Counted from the stretch's first letter, positions 37,698 through 50,950 are shown. The stretch is 64,000 bases of DNA from Felis catus (GCF_018350175.1 NC_058368.1:26414001-26478000); one strand, 5' to 3'. Numbers and translations: made by a program. Notes: a model not told the origin generated them from the letters alone.

Positions 37698-40009
37698 GGT
37701 AACATATTTATAGTTTCCAAGGATGAAAAGAATACCCATCACTCCAGTGCTAAAGGCTTCAAGAAGTGGGGATGGGCTCAGGCTGTGTGTAGATGACACA
37801 ATAAGGGCTTCTGGTCTGAGAGTATGTGTGTTAGACTCACCAGAGGTTTGGGAGGAGAAGCCGGAGGAGGCACAGAGGACCCTGGCCACATGGGTAACTC
37901 AGAGGTGTGTGTGAGAAAGGGCTGCTGCTTGAGAAGGTGAGGGAGAATCAGCCTGGTTAGGACGGAGCTAGGCGTAGTTAGGGCAAGAAGGTGACAAGGA
38001 CTCTGAGAGAAGAGGTTTAGGTTTCAGTGTTTCAGTCATGAGATCAGAGGGCACAGGACAAGGGTTTGGTAGGTTCGGAAGAAGGTGAGACTGAGTTGGC
38101 GTGGGGGTATACAGACCTCTACAGGAGGTAGGCATGGCCTAGAGAGTTGGATTTCCCATGGTGACTGATGTGAACAGAAATGTGAGGCATCTTAATTACT
38201 TCTCAAGCCCTCTCCCAACCCCACTGCCTTCAAAAAGTTTTTCCCAGGCTCGCGCTGATCTCATTTTTCTCATCCTTTCTTCACTGAACGTATCATTTAG
38301 TTTTGTACCTAATTTTTCTTTGTACGGTTAGATAATTGTATGATTTGTCCACGCAATTGGACTGTAGCCTCTTGTAGAGTACGGACCATATTTGATTTCT
38401 CGGTAATGCCAAGAATAGTCCTGGGCATGTAGTTCAGGTACTCAATAAATAATTGATTAAGTTCTCCATACATTTTATTTTTAGAAGAGATAACAGGCCG
38501 GATCCTTCCATCACCTTCTATGACTTCGTTTTCATTCTTACAATTACCAGCTTTCCAGTGACTTGAGAATTTTGCTGGAAGTATAAAGCGATCTTGTTTC
38601 CTTGTAGAATCCAAATGGCCACCGACACTCACTGAGCACTTTCTTCGTGTAGGTGGATCCTTTAACTGTCTCATTTTACAGATGAGCAAATGGAGGTCTG
38701 GACAAGCGAAACAGCTTTTCCTGAGACCACACAGGCGGAAGGTGGTGAAAGCAGGTCTCAGACTCAGCTCTGTGTGAACCCAAAGCCCATCCTTTCTGTA
38801 TATATTGATGGGCAGCCTTCCATTTGTCAGTCTTCCTTTCTTCTCTAGGTGCGAAACAGCAGATGATAGTGCTCGTAAAAGTGTTACTCATGCAAGACGA
38901 CCACTTTTAGGCCTTGTCGTAAAGTTTCATTTCCATTGGGCAAAGTTTAAACCTCTGGAGTCCAGGTTCTTGCCACAACTTCAGTATGAGTTTCTATCCC
39001 AGGGACTTCTGAGTGTGTAGAAACGAAGCCAACAGAGTCTAGGTCGTCTCTGAACAGAGTTGCCAGTAACTCCAGCATTTTCCTTGTCTACTCCACAAAG
39101 CTCTGTTTCCAGTGATTTGTGAGGATGTCAATGTGGCCAAGAGGTGCTTCTACCTGGGACATGAGCCTTGTGGCAGCTGGATGTCTGCTCCATAGGTCTT
39201 TCCAGCTGAGGGAAGGATGACACATATTTTCTAGGGACCTCATTTTAAAAACCAAACAGTAGTAAACTTCTTCCTTCTTTAAAAAAAAAACATGATCAGT
39301 TTGCTCTTTTTTTTGGAAGGAGAGATGAACTTGGAAGCAGAAATTCTGACAGGGTTTAGAGTATTTTCTGCCTTCATCATCTTTCATTTTTGATTTCTCG
39401 TGCGTACTTAGGACAGTTGCATTTCTGTTGTATTGGCCTGTTTGATCCAGTGCTCTAGGATGGAGACACTGTTCCAAACCATTCCAGGAAGCAGCTCAAG
39501 TTTCTCTGAAGATCACAGAAATTCAAGTCACGTACATGCATCCAGATCTGTGCTTTCAACTACTGCGGAGAGATGACTCTCTGAACTCGTAAATTCTCCA
39601 GAGAAGAAAATGCCACGGCAGTTTTGTTTTTGCAGTGGATCTCAGTGTCTCACAGCCCTGTTGCGAAATGAGTTTTACTAGCTAACTGAAGTGTCAGCTT
39701 TGAAGCAAGTGAGACTCGGACCTTGTTTTCCCCTCGGTGAGACTTTAGCTCGCTCTCTCTGATGTTCATCTTCTGTAGAATGCGTCTCCTGGGAGGCAGG
39801 ACCCAAACACTGCCATCACAGCCCCTCTGTGTACGCGGCGTGCGGATACGAGAGCTGACGCGGGGCCTCTAGGAAGTCTGCGTGTGCCTGGGTGCAGGGT
39901 CGTGATGAATGCGTTGGAGAAGTCTCCTTGGAGCCACATGTGAAAGTTAAGGCATCGATCTGATTTTGATTGGCATCGGCACGTGGACACCTGAGCACTA
40001 CGGGTTCTG

Positions 40010-40179
40010 GTGATTCTGTAGCAAGTGGATGCAGGCTCTGGGAGTGGGTCTCCACCACTGGTGTGTTAGGAAAGAATACGGAGCCTCAGGCTCTTCGAAA
40101 TAGGATAGGGCCTGCGCCTCCGTGTTATTAAAAACTTCCCCAGAAGATTCTGATGAGTACTAAAATTTGAGAACCGCTG
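40010..40179. mobile_element. MER5-like (hAT-Charlie) fragment
   Basis: Ends ...CCCCAGAAGATTCTGATGAGTACTAAAATTTGAGAACCGCTG. Confidence 0.6.
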
Positions 40180-41116
40180 TTGGAGGATTAACATTAATTA
40201 TTGTACAACTTCCGCCGTGGGCACGTGCTAGTGAGACGCTGTGCTTGTAAATGAAAGTAAATTTCTGGACAGTGACCTTTTACAAAATCGTTTCTCATTA
40301 CAAGTGGAAGGGAAGGAATAGAAAATACCAGAGGTACTATCGTCTTACAAGGCAATCAGGAGAAAACCTAAATCATTGATAAGAGGAGTTACTAAGCAAC
40401 CACTTGTCTGGCCAGGATGATAAAGGGGCTTCACATGAAAACTTCTAGGCCTAGGGAGAGAGCTTTAGGCCCCACTTAAAGAGCTGTTACTCACTTTATT
40501 TCACTTTATTTTGCTTCTATTTCCCTTTCTATTTAACTGCTGGTGAACATGCCTGAAGACAACGTTCTCAGCAAGTAAGTAAAGACATTGTAAGTGATAT
40601 TTCACACGGAAGCTAAATAATTTATGCAAGAGGGTAGAGCAGAAGGCTTAAGTAAGTAGTTCTTGTTGAAGGGTAACTGGGTAAACTGATTTGTATTTGT
40701 GTGTGAAGTTTTGCTAAAGGACACCTGTCTCCAAGAAATGGGCCCCTTGAGGGTACTGCCTTGAGGTAAGAACGGAATCTCGCAAGGGGCGCGGCTCAGC
40801 CAGTAGAATCTGAACAGCGAATCCTCACCCAGGTTGTGGGGCCGAGCAGCCGGCGGGCCTGCTGGCGTTTGAACCTCAGAGTGGAGAGGGGTTTGCAGGT
40901 TGCTACTCAGCTCAGATGCACCCTCGCCTCCGGTGTCTTATTCCCCTGACAGGGCCCTGACAGGCTGGATATGAGGATTAAAAACAACAACAACAACAAC
41001 AACAAAAACCCACATCAAAACCAAGAGAAAAATTGTTACTAAGTGTTCCGAGAGATTGACTCCGTTTGGAAATTTTTTCAGGGGCCCAGTAACCACTCAC
41101 GTTCCCATAGACAGCA

Positions 41117-41117
<1 letters not shown>

Positions 41118-41160
<43 letters not shown>
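41118..41160. repeat. (GT)n microsatellite
   Basis: Seen directly. Confidence 0.95.
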
Positions 41161-41162
<2 letters not shown>

Positions 41163-42184
41163 AAGAAGGCCTTGTCCTCCAGCTCTGGGAAGAAAGCAAC
41201 ACCCTGCAAGGAAGGTGCTGGCATCCTGTTAGCGCCTGGAGGACCCACTACGGGAGTCAACAAGAGGCTTTTCAGGCCCAGCCGTGAAAACCAGGGCGGA
41301 TGGGGCCTCTTGAGCACAGTGGGCCTATGTTTGCCCCGCCGCGTTTTCTAAATTCACATCCATCACCTGGGCAAATATTTGTTTGTGGGGCAACGGCATG
41401 GAATATTTGAGATCAGGACTGTAGTTAAAAACTACAGACATATAAATATTTCGTCTAACTTCAGGGCTGGGGTGCCATCACCACGCTCTCAAACAGGAGG
41501 CAAGTGATGGTCTTGGGCAGTTTTCTCTCCAAACAAATTCCACCTGGGGAGGCCTTTGAGGGGTGTATTCGGGCTCATATTTGCTTGTGCTAATTTCATC
41601 AGACTTTCGTCCCATTAAGAAAATCTGAAAGGGAGCTTTTTTTCTCTAAGCATTGCCTATTTCTTTCCAGTGGGAAGAGAATACCTTTTCCGGATTAAAA
41701 AAAATTAATAGATAAATCTTTTGTTTGGCCTAAGTAGTTAGGAATGCTGGACTGGGAAAAGTCACTTGTCTTTCCTTGATTCTGTTTTTTTTGTTTTTGT
41801 TTTTGTTTTTTGTTTTTTGCTTTTTGCTTTTTGCTTTCATAAGGTGGGTTTCAGATAACTTGGGCTGGAGTTCTCACAGCTGCGGAGGCTGTTTGGGTGG
41901 GTATTCACATAGCACGCCTGGGTGCCGCTGGGGTCCAAGTCCAAGATTCTCGCCCTTGGCTGCCTCAGAAATGCTGATGTGGGCTCAGCCCCCTCCTTCC
42001 GTCTAACAATGACAGCTCATCCCTGTGGAGAACTCTCTCACTGCACCCCAGGCTGGACCTGTGATGGGCCAACGACACGCAGAAGCTTGGGATGGAAGAA
42101 GGTGAAAGGAAAGAGTATTTACCAAATTCTTGCTCGGGGCCAGCTGTTTTATGTTTTCATTTTCTTGAAACTCTACCCAATCAC

Positions 42185-42330
42185 TTTGTGAGATACAAAA
42201 TGTTACCCCCGTCAAATGGATGAGAAAACCATGACCCTGACTGGTTACATCAATTGCCCAAGGTCGTGCAGCCGGTAAGTGGCTGAGCCAGGAATTGAGC
42301 TCATCTGCCTGATTTTAAATCTATGCTATC
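42185..42330 (-). mobile_element. MIR
   Basis: ATGAGAAAACC...TTGCCCAAGGTCGTGCAGCCGGTAAGTGGCTGAGCCAGGAATTGA. Confidence 0.7.
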
Positions 42331-44264
42331 TTTATTGCCTCCTCCTGAAATCTCCTTATACTGGAGATTCAAATCCATCTGGTCTGGTGGAAGGGAAGCC
42401 CCCCCCCCCCCCCCCGTCTTAAATCAAGGTAAGGAACAGAGCTTCGTTGGCTGTGCACTTGACTTCTCAGACCAGCTGTGCTGAGAACAACCTCCCGGCT
42501 GTGCTGAGCCCCCCAAGTTCTCTGTTGCTGGGAAACCAGGAGCCCTGGCAGCTCCACCCCCCAGAGATCACTGCACATCTGCAGCGAACAGGACTGAGGC
42601 GCTGTCCTCAGTGAGCGGAAGTCCCCACTCCCCTGACTCCTCTCGGCTCTGCCTTTCCCCAGGACGCATTTCTCTTTCTCTGGTGAGCGTGCAGTTCCAA
42701 ACACTAGGCATTTTCCTGTCAAAACTACCCCAGGAAAGGTTCTACAGTGTATCCATGTTAAAGTAAAAGGGCTAATAAAACTAAAATAGGCCTCCTCCCA
42801 GGGGAATTCGCAGTTTATCTGACCAGCAAAGAAAGCCCAAAGGCGCAGGCCTGAGCTGCACCTGAGGAAATGAGGCCCCTCGGGGAGATGTAGGAGAGGG
42901 AAAGGTAGGAGAGGCCTTCTTTAAAAAACCGGCTTCAGGATATGACCTGAGCAGGCACACGTTGAACCCCCAGCTGGGACCTCTCCAGAACTGTGGGGAG
43001 CCTCTGAGAGCCAGAACATTCGCTATCTATCAGGGCTTCTTGAGCTTCTGACGAAGGAGGTGGGGAAGCAATGGTGAGAACAGTTGTTTCACCCGAGTAA
43101 ATTCTCAGCTATACAGCCGTGGACTGTGCCTGAGGAGTGGGACCGAGTGTTCTGTCTCAACTCCGGCAACCCTTCCCCCTCACTCAGAGATTACCGCATG
43201 GTCCCCAGACTGTAAATCCTGTCTGTGAGACCCCAGGAGAGGTGCTGAAAATATACAGGAGGGGCGTAGAGATAAAGTCTGTGTGAAATTGGGTTTCCAA
43301 AACAAGTATATGATTTTGCATTCACTGGGGGGGGGGGGGGGGCTGTGGAGGGCACTGACGGAGGTAAGAGAGGCGACACAGCATCTTGTCTCCTGGCGAG
43401 GCCACTGATGAGACCCGGGCCCTGTAAGGCAGTGGCGGCAGAAGGGACAGGACATCTCTCCACGGGGCCCTATCCAGCCCCAGAAGATTTTAAGACCTCT
43501 GTACTCAGACTCCCTGCACATGCTGGCTGTGGAAAAGTGACTGAACCACTTTCTGATCAGCTGGCAAAATAGACATCTACCTCAAAGAGCCATTGGGAGG
43601 GCTCTGCGAGATAGCAATGCTCCAGAAAGGCATTTCAAAGATAACAAAAGACTGTTCCCAAATACCATTCTGATGTGATGTTATTTTAATACTAAAATGA
43701 ATGAGACATTTTTCGTGATAAGAGAGCTTCTACAGGTTCTCTTGTGAGTTTCTATGCAGGTAGCTTTTTGTTCCTCTAGTTCTCCAGAGTGAAAAAGTAC
43801 TTCTCATATCCTACTGGGTCTCCTTTTGCCTTCTGTGAGCCCATGGTGGGAAGGGCTGGGGCTGCGTGGGAATAACAATTAGAGGAGAGTGAAGTGGCTC
43901 ATACCCATGGATCGTTGTAGAAGTTAGAAGGGGCTTAGGGGCAGGATGCTGCTTTAAGAGTTGATTTTTTTTAACTGGATTTTAAAAATTGGAATCTCAT
44001 TTTAGAAAAGGATGATGTGCCAGCAGAGTTTAAATGCTTAGAGTAGAGGCTCAAGAGGAGAGAGATTCTCTACAGTGGGGACTCAGTTTTGAGTTCCATA
44101 TTAGGTCAGGCTCAGTCTTTCAGGAGCTCTGCATTCTGGCTCTCCCTGGGAGGGCTTGTGGTGAGGCTGGATTCCAATTAAGTGGATTGAAACAATCTTG
44201 TGCGTGGCCCAGTGGCCAAAAGCTTTAAGAAGCCAGGTGGCCTGACCTGAGTGCTTTTAGGAGC

Positions 44265-44682
44265 AAGGCTGCTGTCATACAATGGAAGCAAGGAGGAATA
44301 TATGTGGCCCTCAGGTGATACACTCAGGTGCCTGTTGGTACTCCCCTGCCCAATTGTGAGGCTATAACCCTGGCCTGAGAAGGTCATGGTGGCCCGAGAC
44401 TCATACTACTCAAGAAGGAAGGTCTGGGTCTTGACCCTTGGTAAGCCACGGGAGCCCACAGACGTGGTGGCTATAGATAAGAGGACTCAAGTAGAGAATA
44501 ACAGAAGAGGGAGAGGTTGAGTATCCACTGTGTCCCTAATAACAGATGCAGTGTGAGGAGATAGGATTCATCACTCAAAACTTCCTCTGAGTCTCTCCAG
44601 GAAGAAGCATTCTCTGGAATCCTAAAGACTTGCTCCCCAAATGAACATCAAGAAGTGGTTCTGAACAGTGCAAGGGGTGGAC
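44265..44682 (+). mobile_element. ERV-L internal 3' end (dUTPase C-terminus / pol tail relic) with polypurine tract
   Basis: Translates LLSYNGSKEEYMWPSGDTLRCLLVLPCPIV and KVWVLTLGKPREPTDVVA, resembling ERV-L LLLHNGGKEEY.W..GDPLGRLLVLPCP and KVWVTPPGK..RPAEVLA (recalled); PPT AAGGGGTGGAC at 44672-44682. Confidence 0.8.
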
Positions 44683-45039
44683 TGTGGTGGGTACAAAGGT
44701 GCACTGTCCAGATCCCCCTTCAAGAAACCACTGGCTTCCCAGTTGTCAGTACCTTCAGGCCTTGCATCAGTGACAGATCTGCCTCTTCCAGTGACTGATT
44801 GAGGTGGGTATAGAGGCCCAGCCATTTCAGCCCCATATGGGTCATATACACTCCTGAGCTCCTTGTGATGCTGGCCATGACTGTGTTTGGCATGTATTGG
44901 TTTGACTTCTCCCTCTGACCAGTCCTACCCACCTCCCTCTCACTTCCACAGCTCTTGATCCCTAAGAAACACCCAGTTTGCCAAATTCCATTTCCAAGTC
45001 TGCTTCTGAACAATCCAGTTTGACTGCCAACCTGAAAGA
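44683..45039 (+). mobile_element. ERV-L LTR (LTR16-like)
   Basis: Starts TG directly after the PPT; CCAGATCCCCCTTCAAG, GGCCCAGCCATTTC, ends ...GTCTGCTTCT...AACCTGAAAGA before a PBS. Confidence 0.75.
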
Positions 45040-45310
45040 GTTGGTACCAGGAGTGGTCCAGGAAAGCAGGCAATAAGAGGGAGCTTTGAAACCAGATCGC
45101 TTGCTTCTCGTCTGGTCAAGAGGACCCTACCCCTAGTGAGAGGGAGAGAATAGATAGCTCCTGACAAAATGTAGAGGTCCAGTTGTAGAGGTCCAAATTT
45201 TCCCCCAGGGTGAATTGGGAGAGCGTATTGGTTGGGGAGAACGTACCAGCTAGAGTAATTTCTCAGGCATTTGAGAAGAATGTAGAAACAGTAATTATAA
45301 GGACTGATTT
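45040..45310 (+). mobile_element. ERV-L internal 5' leader with tRNA-Leu primer-binding site
   Basis: TGGTACCAGGAGTGG (45042-45056) is complementary to the 3' end of tRNA-Leu(TAA) plus CCA. Confidence 0.7.
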
Positions 45311-46269
45311 TGCTCAGTGATATGGAACAAAATTTCCAGCATAATAGTTCAGAGGTATCTATCTCAAGTTAAAAAAAATCATAATTCCACCTTGTTGTGA
45401 AGTTCAAAAAAATTCTTGGAGACTATAAAAACTTCTATCAGCCAGGAAAATGTCATTATCATTAAAACAGTGCAACTGAAACTCAAAAGCTTCAGTACCA
45501 GTCACTCCTTGGACACCCAAGAAATGGGAATTGATTCACCTTGAATAAGGAATTGCCACATTGGTGCAACAGATAAAAATGTAAATTCCTGAAATTACTA
45601 GTTAATGCTTGGCTTATCCAAATTTTATTTTCATTGATGGTGGTGACCCACCTCTCTTCAGTAAACACTAATGTGTGGGTATCAGTGAGCCATTTCATGC
45701 AGAAATCCTGGATCCCCATCACTGTCCTCCACAGTTTCAGCTGGACACACACTTGCCTTGTGATTCCTGCATGCACCCATCTTCCCGAGCCCAGCTGGAA
45801 TGGAGTGTTTTACGAGATGCATCCTATTTGGATTCCTTGATGCAAAAGAATGTTCTATAGAAAATCTTGTCCACCTGCCTTGGTCAAAAGACTTCCCAGC
45901 TTAGATTTCAAGATGCATTCTGTCATCATCTGCTTGCAAACAGTTCTGCAAAGCTTCAGTGTTATGAGCAGGCAGTTACATTGACTCGGGACTGAGTTTT
46001 GTTTCAAATGGAAGGAGTCTTAACTCATGAGTGTCTCTGAACTTGTAGGAATAATGATGCAGTCAGGCAGGTAGAGTTTTGCTGCATGTGTAGGGCTCCC
46101 CAGGGAACCCATCTAAATTGTGAGTCCTTGTTCTTTACCCAGAAAAATCATTTTGCCAAGAACCCTGATTATGTAGGCTCAGAGGTAGATACTGGATGGC
46201 TTTTTTGGGTTTTTCACTTGTATCTGTTTAACAATAAATACCATTTTATCTCCTTGATGTTATGTAGCA

Positions 46270-46517
46270 TTTTATTTATTTATTTATTTATTTATTTATT
46301 ATTATTATTATTATTTTTATTGTGTATTTATTTTTGAGAAAAAGAGAGCACAAGCCGGGGGGAATGGCAGAGAGAGAGGGAGACACAGAATCTGAAGCAG
46401 GCTCCAGGCTCTGAGCTGTCAGCACAGAGCCTAATGCGGGGCTTGAACTCAGGTATGGCGAGATCATAACCCGAGCTGAAGTCGATCACCTAACCGACTG
46501 AGCCACCCAGGCACCCC
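46270..46517 (-). mobile_element. CAN-SINE
   Basis: TSD TGTTATGTAGCATTTTA. Confidence 0.94.
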
Positions 46518-46897
46518 TGTTATGTAGCATTTTAGACTTTCCAGACCTCTTTTCATCCTCCTAATAGCCTTGCAAAATAAACAATTACCATCTCCTTCTG
46601 GTATATGAAGAAATAAACTTTGAGTTCATATAATGTGATATTTAAAAGATTGAGTAATAAATACCTTTAAAAAATTCTTACAGACTCCAAGTGTTGACTT
46701 AAATTATTTTCATAGAGACATATAAAAATGTAAAAATATGAAAGTAGACATACATTCTGTATGCTTGTATTTGTCATACAACCACTGAAATCGAATTAAA
46801 TATAAATAAGACAAAAATACCAATAGCATTCAAGTCATTAACCTTCATTTCATATGTTAGGTGGTGTTTTACTGAAAGGAAATTGCCAGTATTGGGC

Positions 46898-46928
46898 TTA
46901 TTTATTTATTTGGGGTTGGGGGCAGGAG

Positions 46929-46961
<33 letters not shown>

Positions 46962-47084
46962 TTCCAGGCGGGCTCTGAGCTGTCAGTGCAGAGACCGCAG
47001 CCCTTGATCCCCCGACCCACGAGATCGTGACCTGAGTCAAAATCAAAAGTCAGATGCTCAACCAACTGAGCCACCCAGGTGCCC
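46898..47084 (-). mobile_element. Older CAN-SINE
   Basis: Head CTCAACCAACTGAGCCACCCAGGTGCCC. Confidence 0.88.
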
Positions 47085-48299
47085 TGACCTGACTTTATTT
47101 TTAACCAGGGCCCATGACCCTGAAGGATCAGCCACTTGAAAGGTGCAAACCAAAGTGTCATCCTCAATGTGGAAAAAAAAAAAAATCGTATATAATGAAA
47201 AGTTCCTCAGTGCGTGTTTGCTGTGATAGTTACTGTTGCTGAACCGGCGGAGGTGAGTACCGACAGCAACAGGAAGTAGGCAGCCCACCCGCTCGCGAGG
47301 TGACCATACTCTGAATCCCCCCCTTCCAGGCTTATTAAAATCTGCTCATCCCACAGGGCCCGATTTGAATGCTTCTGCTTCCGGTCAGGTCAGTACCTCC
47401 TCTCCCCACTCCCGCGGCACGCCGCCCCTCTGTTTGCACTCTGCCTCGGGTTGCAATTTGCAGTTTCGTGTGTGCTTTAAACCTTGGGTGGAAGACTTGT
47501 AAGCCAGGTACATTTTCATGACCATCATGGTGCTCAAGATGAACGAAATGTCCTAGTTTTAGGTGAAAGCAAAATGAGGGACCTTCACAGGATGTGTATT
47601 TGAGCTCCACTAGACAAAGAAATCTCTTTAAATTGCTTGTTTTCTGGCATCCTGGAAGCCTCTTAGCATAGACTGGTTGACACAAAACTGTTCAAAGCTT
47701 GAGCCGATTTGGGACTCATCCAGTTAGCCTAATACAAATCTCTTGCTTTACACAGGGGAAATGGAGTCCCAGAGAAATTAAACAGCTTGCCCAGGGAAAG
47801 GTCACACAGTTAAATATTTGCAGCACGAGTCATTAGCTCTGAGCTCCGTATCCTCGTCTACATCAGACAGGTTTCCTGCCTTCAACTCTTCATTGATCCC
47901 TAGAAAAGCCATTCCAGTCAATCTGCTCAGATCTCAAAGAAGAAGCTAGAGCTAATTGCTCATCAGAAGTTCTTGGAAATTGATTTATACTGACCACCAC
48001 TGTTCAGCTTTAATTTTCTTAGTTAATTCCACCTACCTCACCAAAGAATGCAGTCTTGGGTCAGACTTAATAGACAGAGACAAGACTACTGAAGGACAAA
48101 ACTGTACTGTGATGGCATACCGTAAGTAGCAAAAACACCGACATGTTTGAATGAATGAATCGATATCTACATCCTAAATCTCATGACATATAAATACAGA
48201 CACTGATGAAATGAACCAATGGGCTTGCAAACACAATCTGCAGATAGCAAGAGCACAGAGCTGATAGGCAGATTTCCCACTTCACCATTCACATACTAG

Positions 48300-48520
48300 A
48301 TGGAAATTGACCAGCTATGGCTCTTGGGCCAAATCCAGGACTCGTTTTTCATTAAGAAAGTCTTATTGGAACATGGCTGTGCCTATGTGTTTATAAATTG
48401 TCTATGGCTGCTTTTGTACTGGTAGAGTTGAGTAGTTGTTACAAAGACCATATGGGCCTCAAAATATAAAATATTTGCTATCTGATCTTTTACAGAAAAC
48501 AAAAACATTTCTAGCTCCTT
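48300..48520. mobile_element. MER58A-like hAT-Charlie MITE
   Basis: GGGCCAAATCCAGG...TTATTGGAACATGGC...GTCTATGGCTGCTTTTG...GAGTTGAGTAGTTG...AAAATATTTGCTATCTGATCTTTTACAGAAAA. Confidence 0.8.
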
Positions 48521-49499
48521 CAACTTGAAGTGTTTCTTAACATGGGCTTTGTAACTCCAATAGGTCTCTAGACATACTGTGGGAATTCTTCCAGAACTTT
48601 CAATGCTGTGTGTTCATGTGGATGATGATCGGGAGGGAAAAATGAACATAAGTATGCTCTGCATCATCTGAACGACTGCTCTAGAACCTAGTCATGGTGC
48701 CTTGTGTTTTAGTGGCTGCATTTAGGTTAGGGTTGATCATCATTGGAAAGATGAGAAGGTGGAAAGACCTCATAGCAAGCAGACAAAGTCCCTTTAAGAG
48801 CATCCAGGGCTGCGTTAACTGCCTTGCCTATGACCGAGAGGTGTCTGCCCATGAGTCAGGTAAATTCAGAACCAGACAAAAATACGCCCCCTCAAGAGAC
48901 CCATCCTCGCATAGCCAAACCCACTTTCCATGCTCCAAAGGAAAAGGGGGGTAGTTATTTTTGCTATATGGAGGAGTGAGGAGGGGTCCACCTTAAACGT
49001 TGCATGGGATGCATTTTTCTTAATTACTTCACCAATTAATGTCCCAGGTATTCATGAAGCGGTCAGTGGGTTTCCAAGGAGCTGGGAAAATCAATGCTAT
49101 CCCATCTGGATGGAGTGATTGTACCACTTCATTCCCAGACTAGAAATGTGCCTCTCACAGGAAGTACGAAGTTGGGTTAGATTATCCATTTAAAATGGTG
49201 TCCTTGAGCCATTTACGAATCCTTGGGGGTGTATATCAATCCAATTAAATTCATGAAGGGAGACAAGGAGATAAAAGCAGACAGGCTTTTAAAAGTTCAT
49301 GGCCTATGGGGGAAAAAAAAGACTGATTTGTTCAAGGGGGAACTTTCAAAGCAAGAAAGCAGAACTTGACTTATAAATCTTGAAACCATGGCAAGGCAAT
49401 CAAAATACTGATTTCACCAAACTACAAAGACTTCTGTGATGTTTCAAACCAAGTCACTGCTCAGAGGAACTCAATTTCAGTCTTGACTAGTTAAGATAA

Positions 49500-49980
49500 A
49501 GTTTATAGTTGCAAACTGGAACAATCCTTTTGGAAAGAATTATACAGCAGGAGGCATAAAGTCACTACATAGCTGAGACACAGTAATTCTACTCCTAGGA
49601 ATTTTTCTTAAGGAAATAATTCACAGAAATCAAAGAACATGTAAACACAAATGTTTACTGCTGCATTATCTTTAAGATAAAATAAATAAGGAAGCAATCT
49701 GAATAAAAAAATACCAATGTTAGGAGAATGTTCAGTGGATTGTGCTATACCAATACCACATAGCATTATTAAAATGAATGCTCACAAAGAATGTGTAGAA
49801 TTACAGAGAAATATGTTATGAGTTACGTAAAAATAACAGCAAAGTAGAATGCTCACTATCATTGTGGCTATGTACACGTTATATGCAAGAGGTAATATCA
49901 AGGAGCGAAAATAGTTTAGGTAGTGCAATACTATGGGTGAGATTTTAAGTGCTTTCTTCAATGATGTTGTGTTCTCTTGA
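49500..49980 (+). mobile_element. Old L1 (L1ME-like) 3' fragment
   Basis: CAGTAATTCTACTCCTAGGAATTTTTCTTAAGGAAATAAT...ATGTTTACTGCTGCATTAT. Confidence 0.7.
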
Positions 49981-50482
49981 AAAAGAATGAGGACAGTCAC
50001 TAATTAAAAAGCTGAAAGCTCAGAGAGGGACACACATCAGGGAAACACTGTATTTTGGTTATGACATAGATATAGTAAATCAGTGGGAAATAAAATCACT
50101 TTGTTCAAAACATAAAAATTCTGTAAAGAATCTAGGTGTCAAAAGTCATGAGGCCCCCTTTCTCATGAGAGCTAGGGACACTGGTTACTTACTGTATGGA
50201 AATATCCTTTAGGCTTCAGACATCTTTTATGGCAAGCACTAATATTATTCCCGTTTTTCAGATGAGGTAAAAGGTATAAGGAATAAAGGTAATCTGCCTA
50301 CGATCGCACGGACATTGAATGTCAGAGCTGGGATTTCATCTGACGCCAGAGCCACTGCAGCTGTTGGGCTGGAAACACTTCGAGACTTTCTGCCCATCAG
50401 AGACAGCCTCTCAGACTGGAAAACCTTCGGAATGAGTAGGTGCTTGGTCATCAGACAGACCTGCGTTTGGATACTGGCTTTT

Positions 50483-50950
50483 TGCATCTGCCAGGATGCT
50501 TTTGATGAAAAGGAGATTGAATCTGACTCATCCTGGTATAGACACTTAGGAATTTTATTCTCTCATTAACATGAGGTCCAGAAGTTGGGCTGACTGTGGG
50601 GTTGGTGGGCTTGGCAGCTCAGTGATGCCACCCCGGGTCTTTGCTATCTTTCCCCTTGCCCCTCTGCCATCCTGAGAGTGATCCTTGCTGGGGAAAAGAT
50701 ACATCAATCACAGCCTTGCCCAAGGGTGATGAGAGAGTTCCTCTGCCGGGGATGGTCTCTCATGAGAGAGAAACTTTCCCCAGGAGGTTGCCAGCAGAAA
50801 TACGTTCCAGGAACATTCTTGAAGCAGCTCCTGGCTGGCGAAGTCAACCACAGTGTTCACTGCACTCTTCAATTAGTTACCTAACCTGTTTGCGGATCTG
50901 AGGAGTCAGTGGGATGAGGATTGGCTGTGCCTGATTAATGGGGACAGTCA
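50483..50950 (-). mobile_element. Old MaLR LTR (MLT1J/K/L-like)
   Basis: CCAGGATGCTTTTG...AACATGAGGTCCAGAAG...CAGCTCAGTGATGCCA...GAGAAACTTTCCCCAG. Confidence 0.55.

Larger units (their letters stand above)
36364..37735 (-). mobile_element. MaLR LTR (MLT1C/D-like) host element interrupted by two SINEs and a second MLT1 LTR
   Basis: TGTATCAGCTTCCTATTGCTGCTGTG...GGTGTTGGCAGGCCTGTATTCCTTCCTGGAGGTTCTGGAGGAGAAT...GGATAATCCAGGATAATCTC...; resumes GGTAACATATTTATAGTTTCC after 37697. Confidence 0.75.

Noticed and set aside
15266..43342. Long G/C homopolymers (~15266-15284, ~42399-42415, ~43327-43342)
   Set aside because: Simple repeats with no further structure; lengths may be sequencing-dependent.
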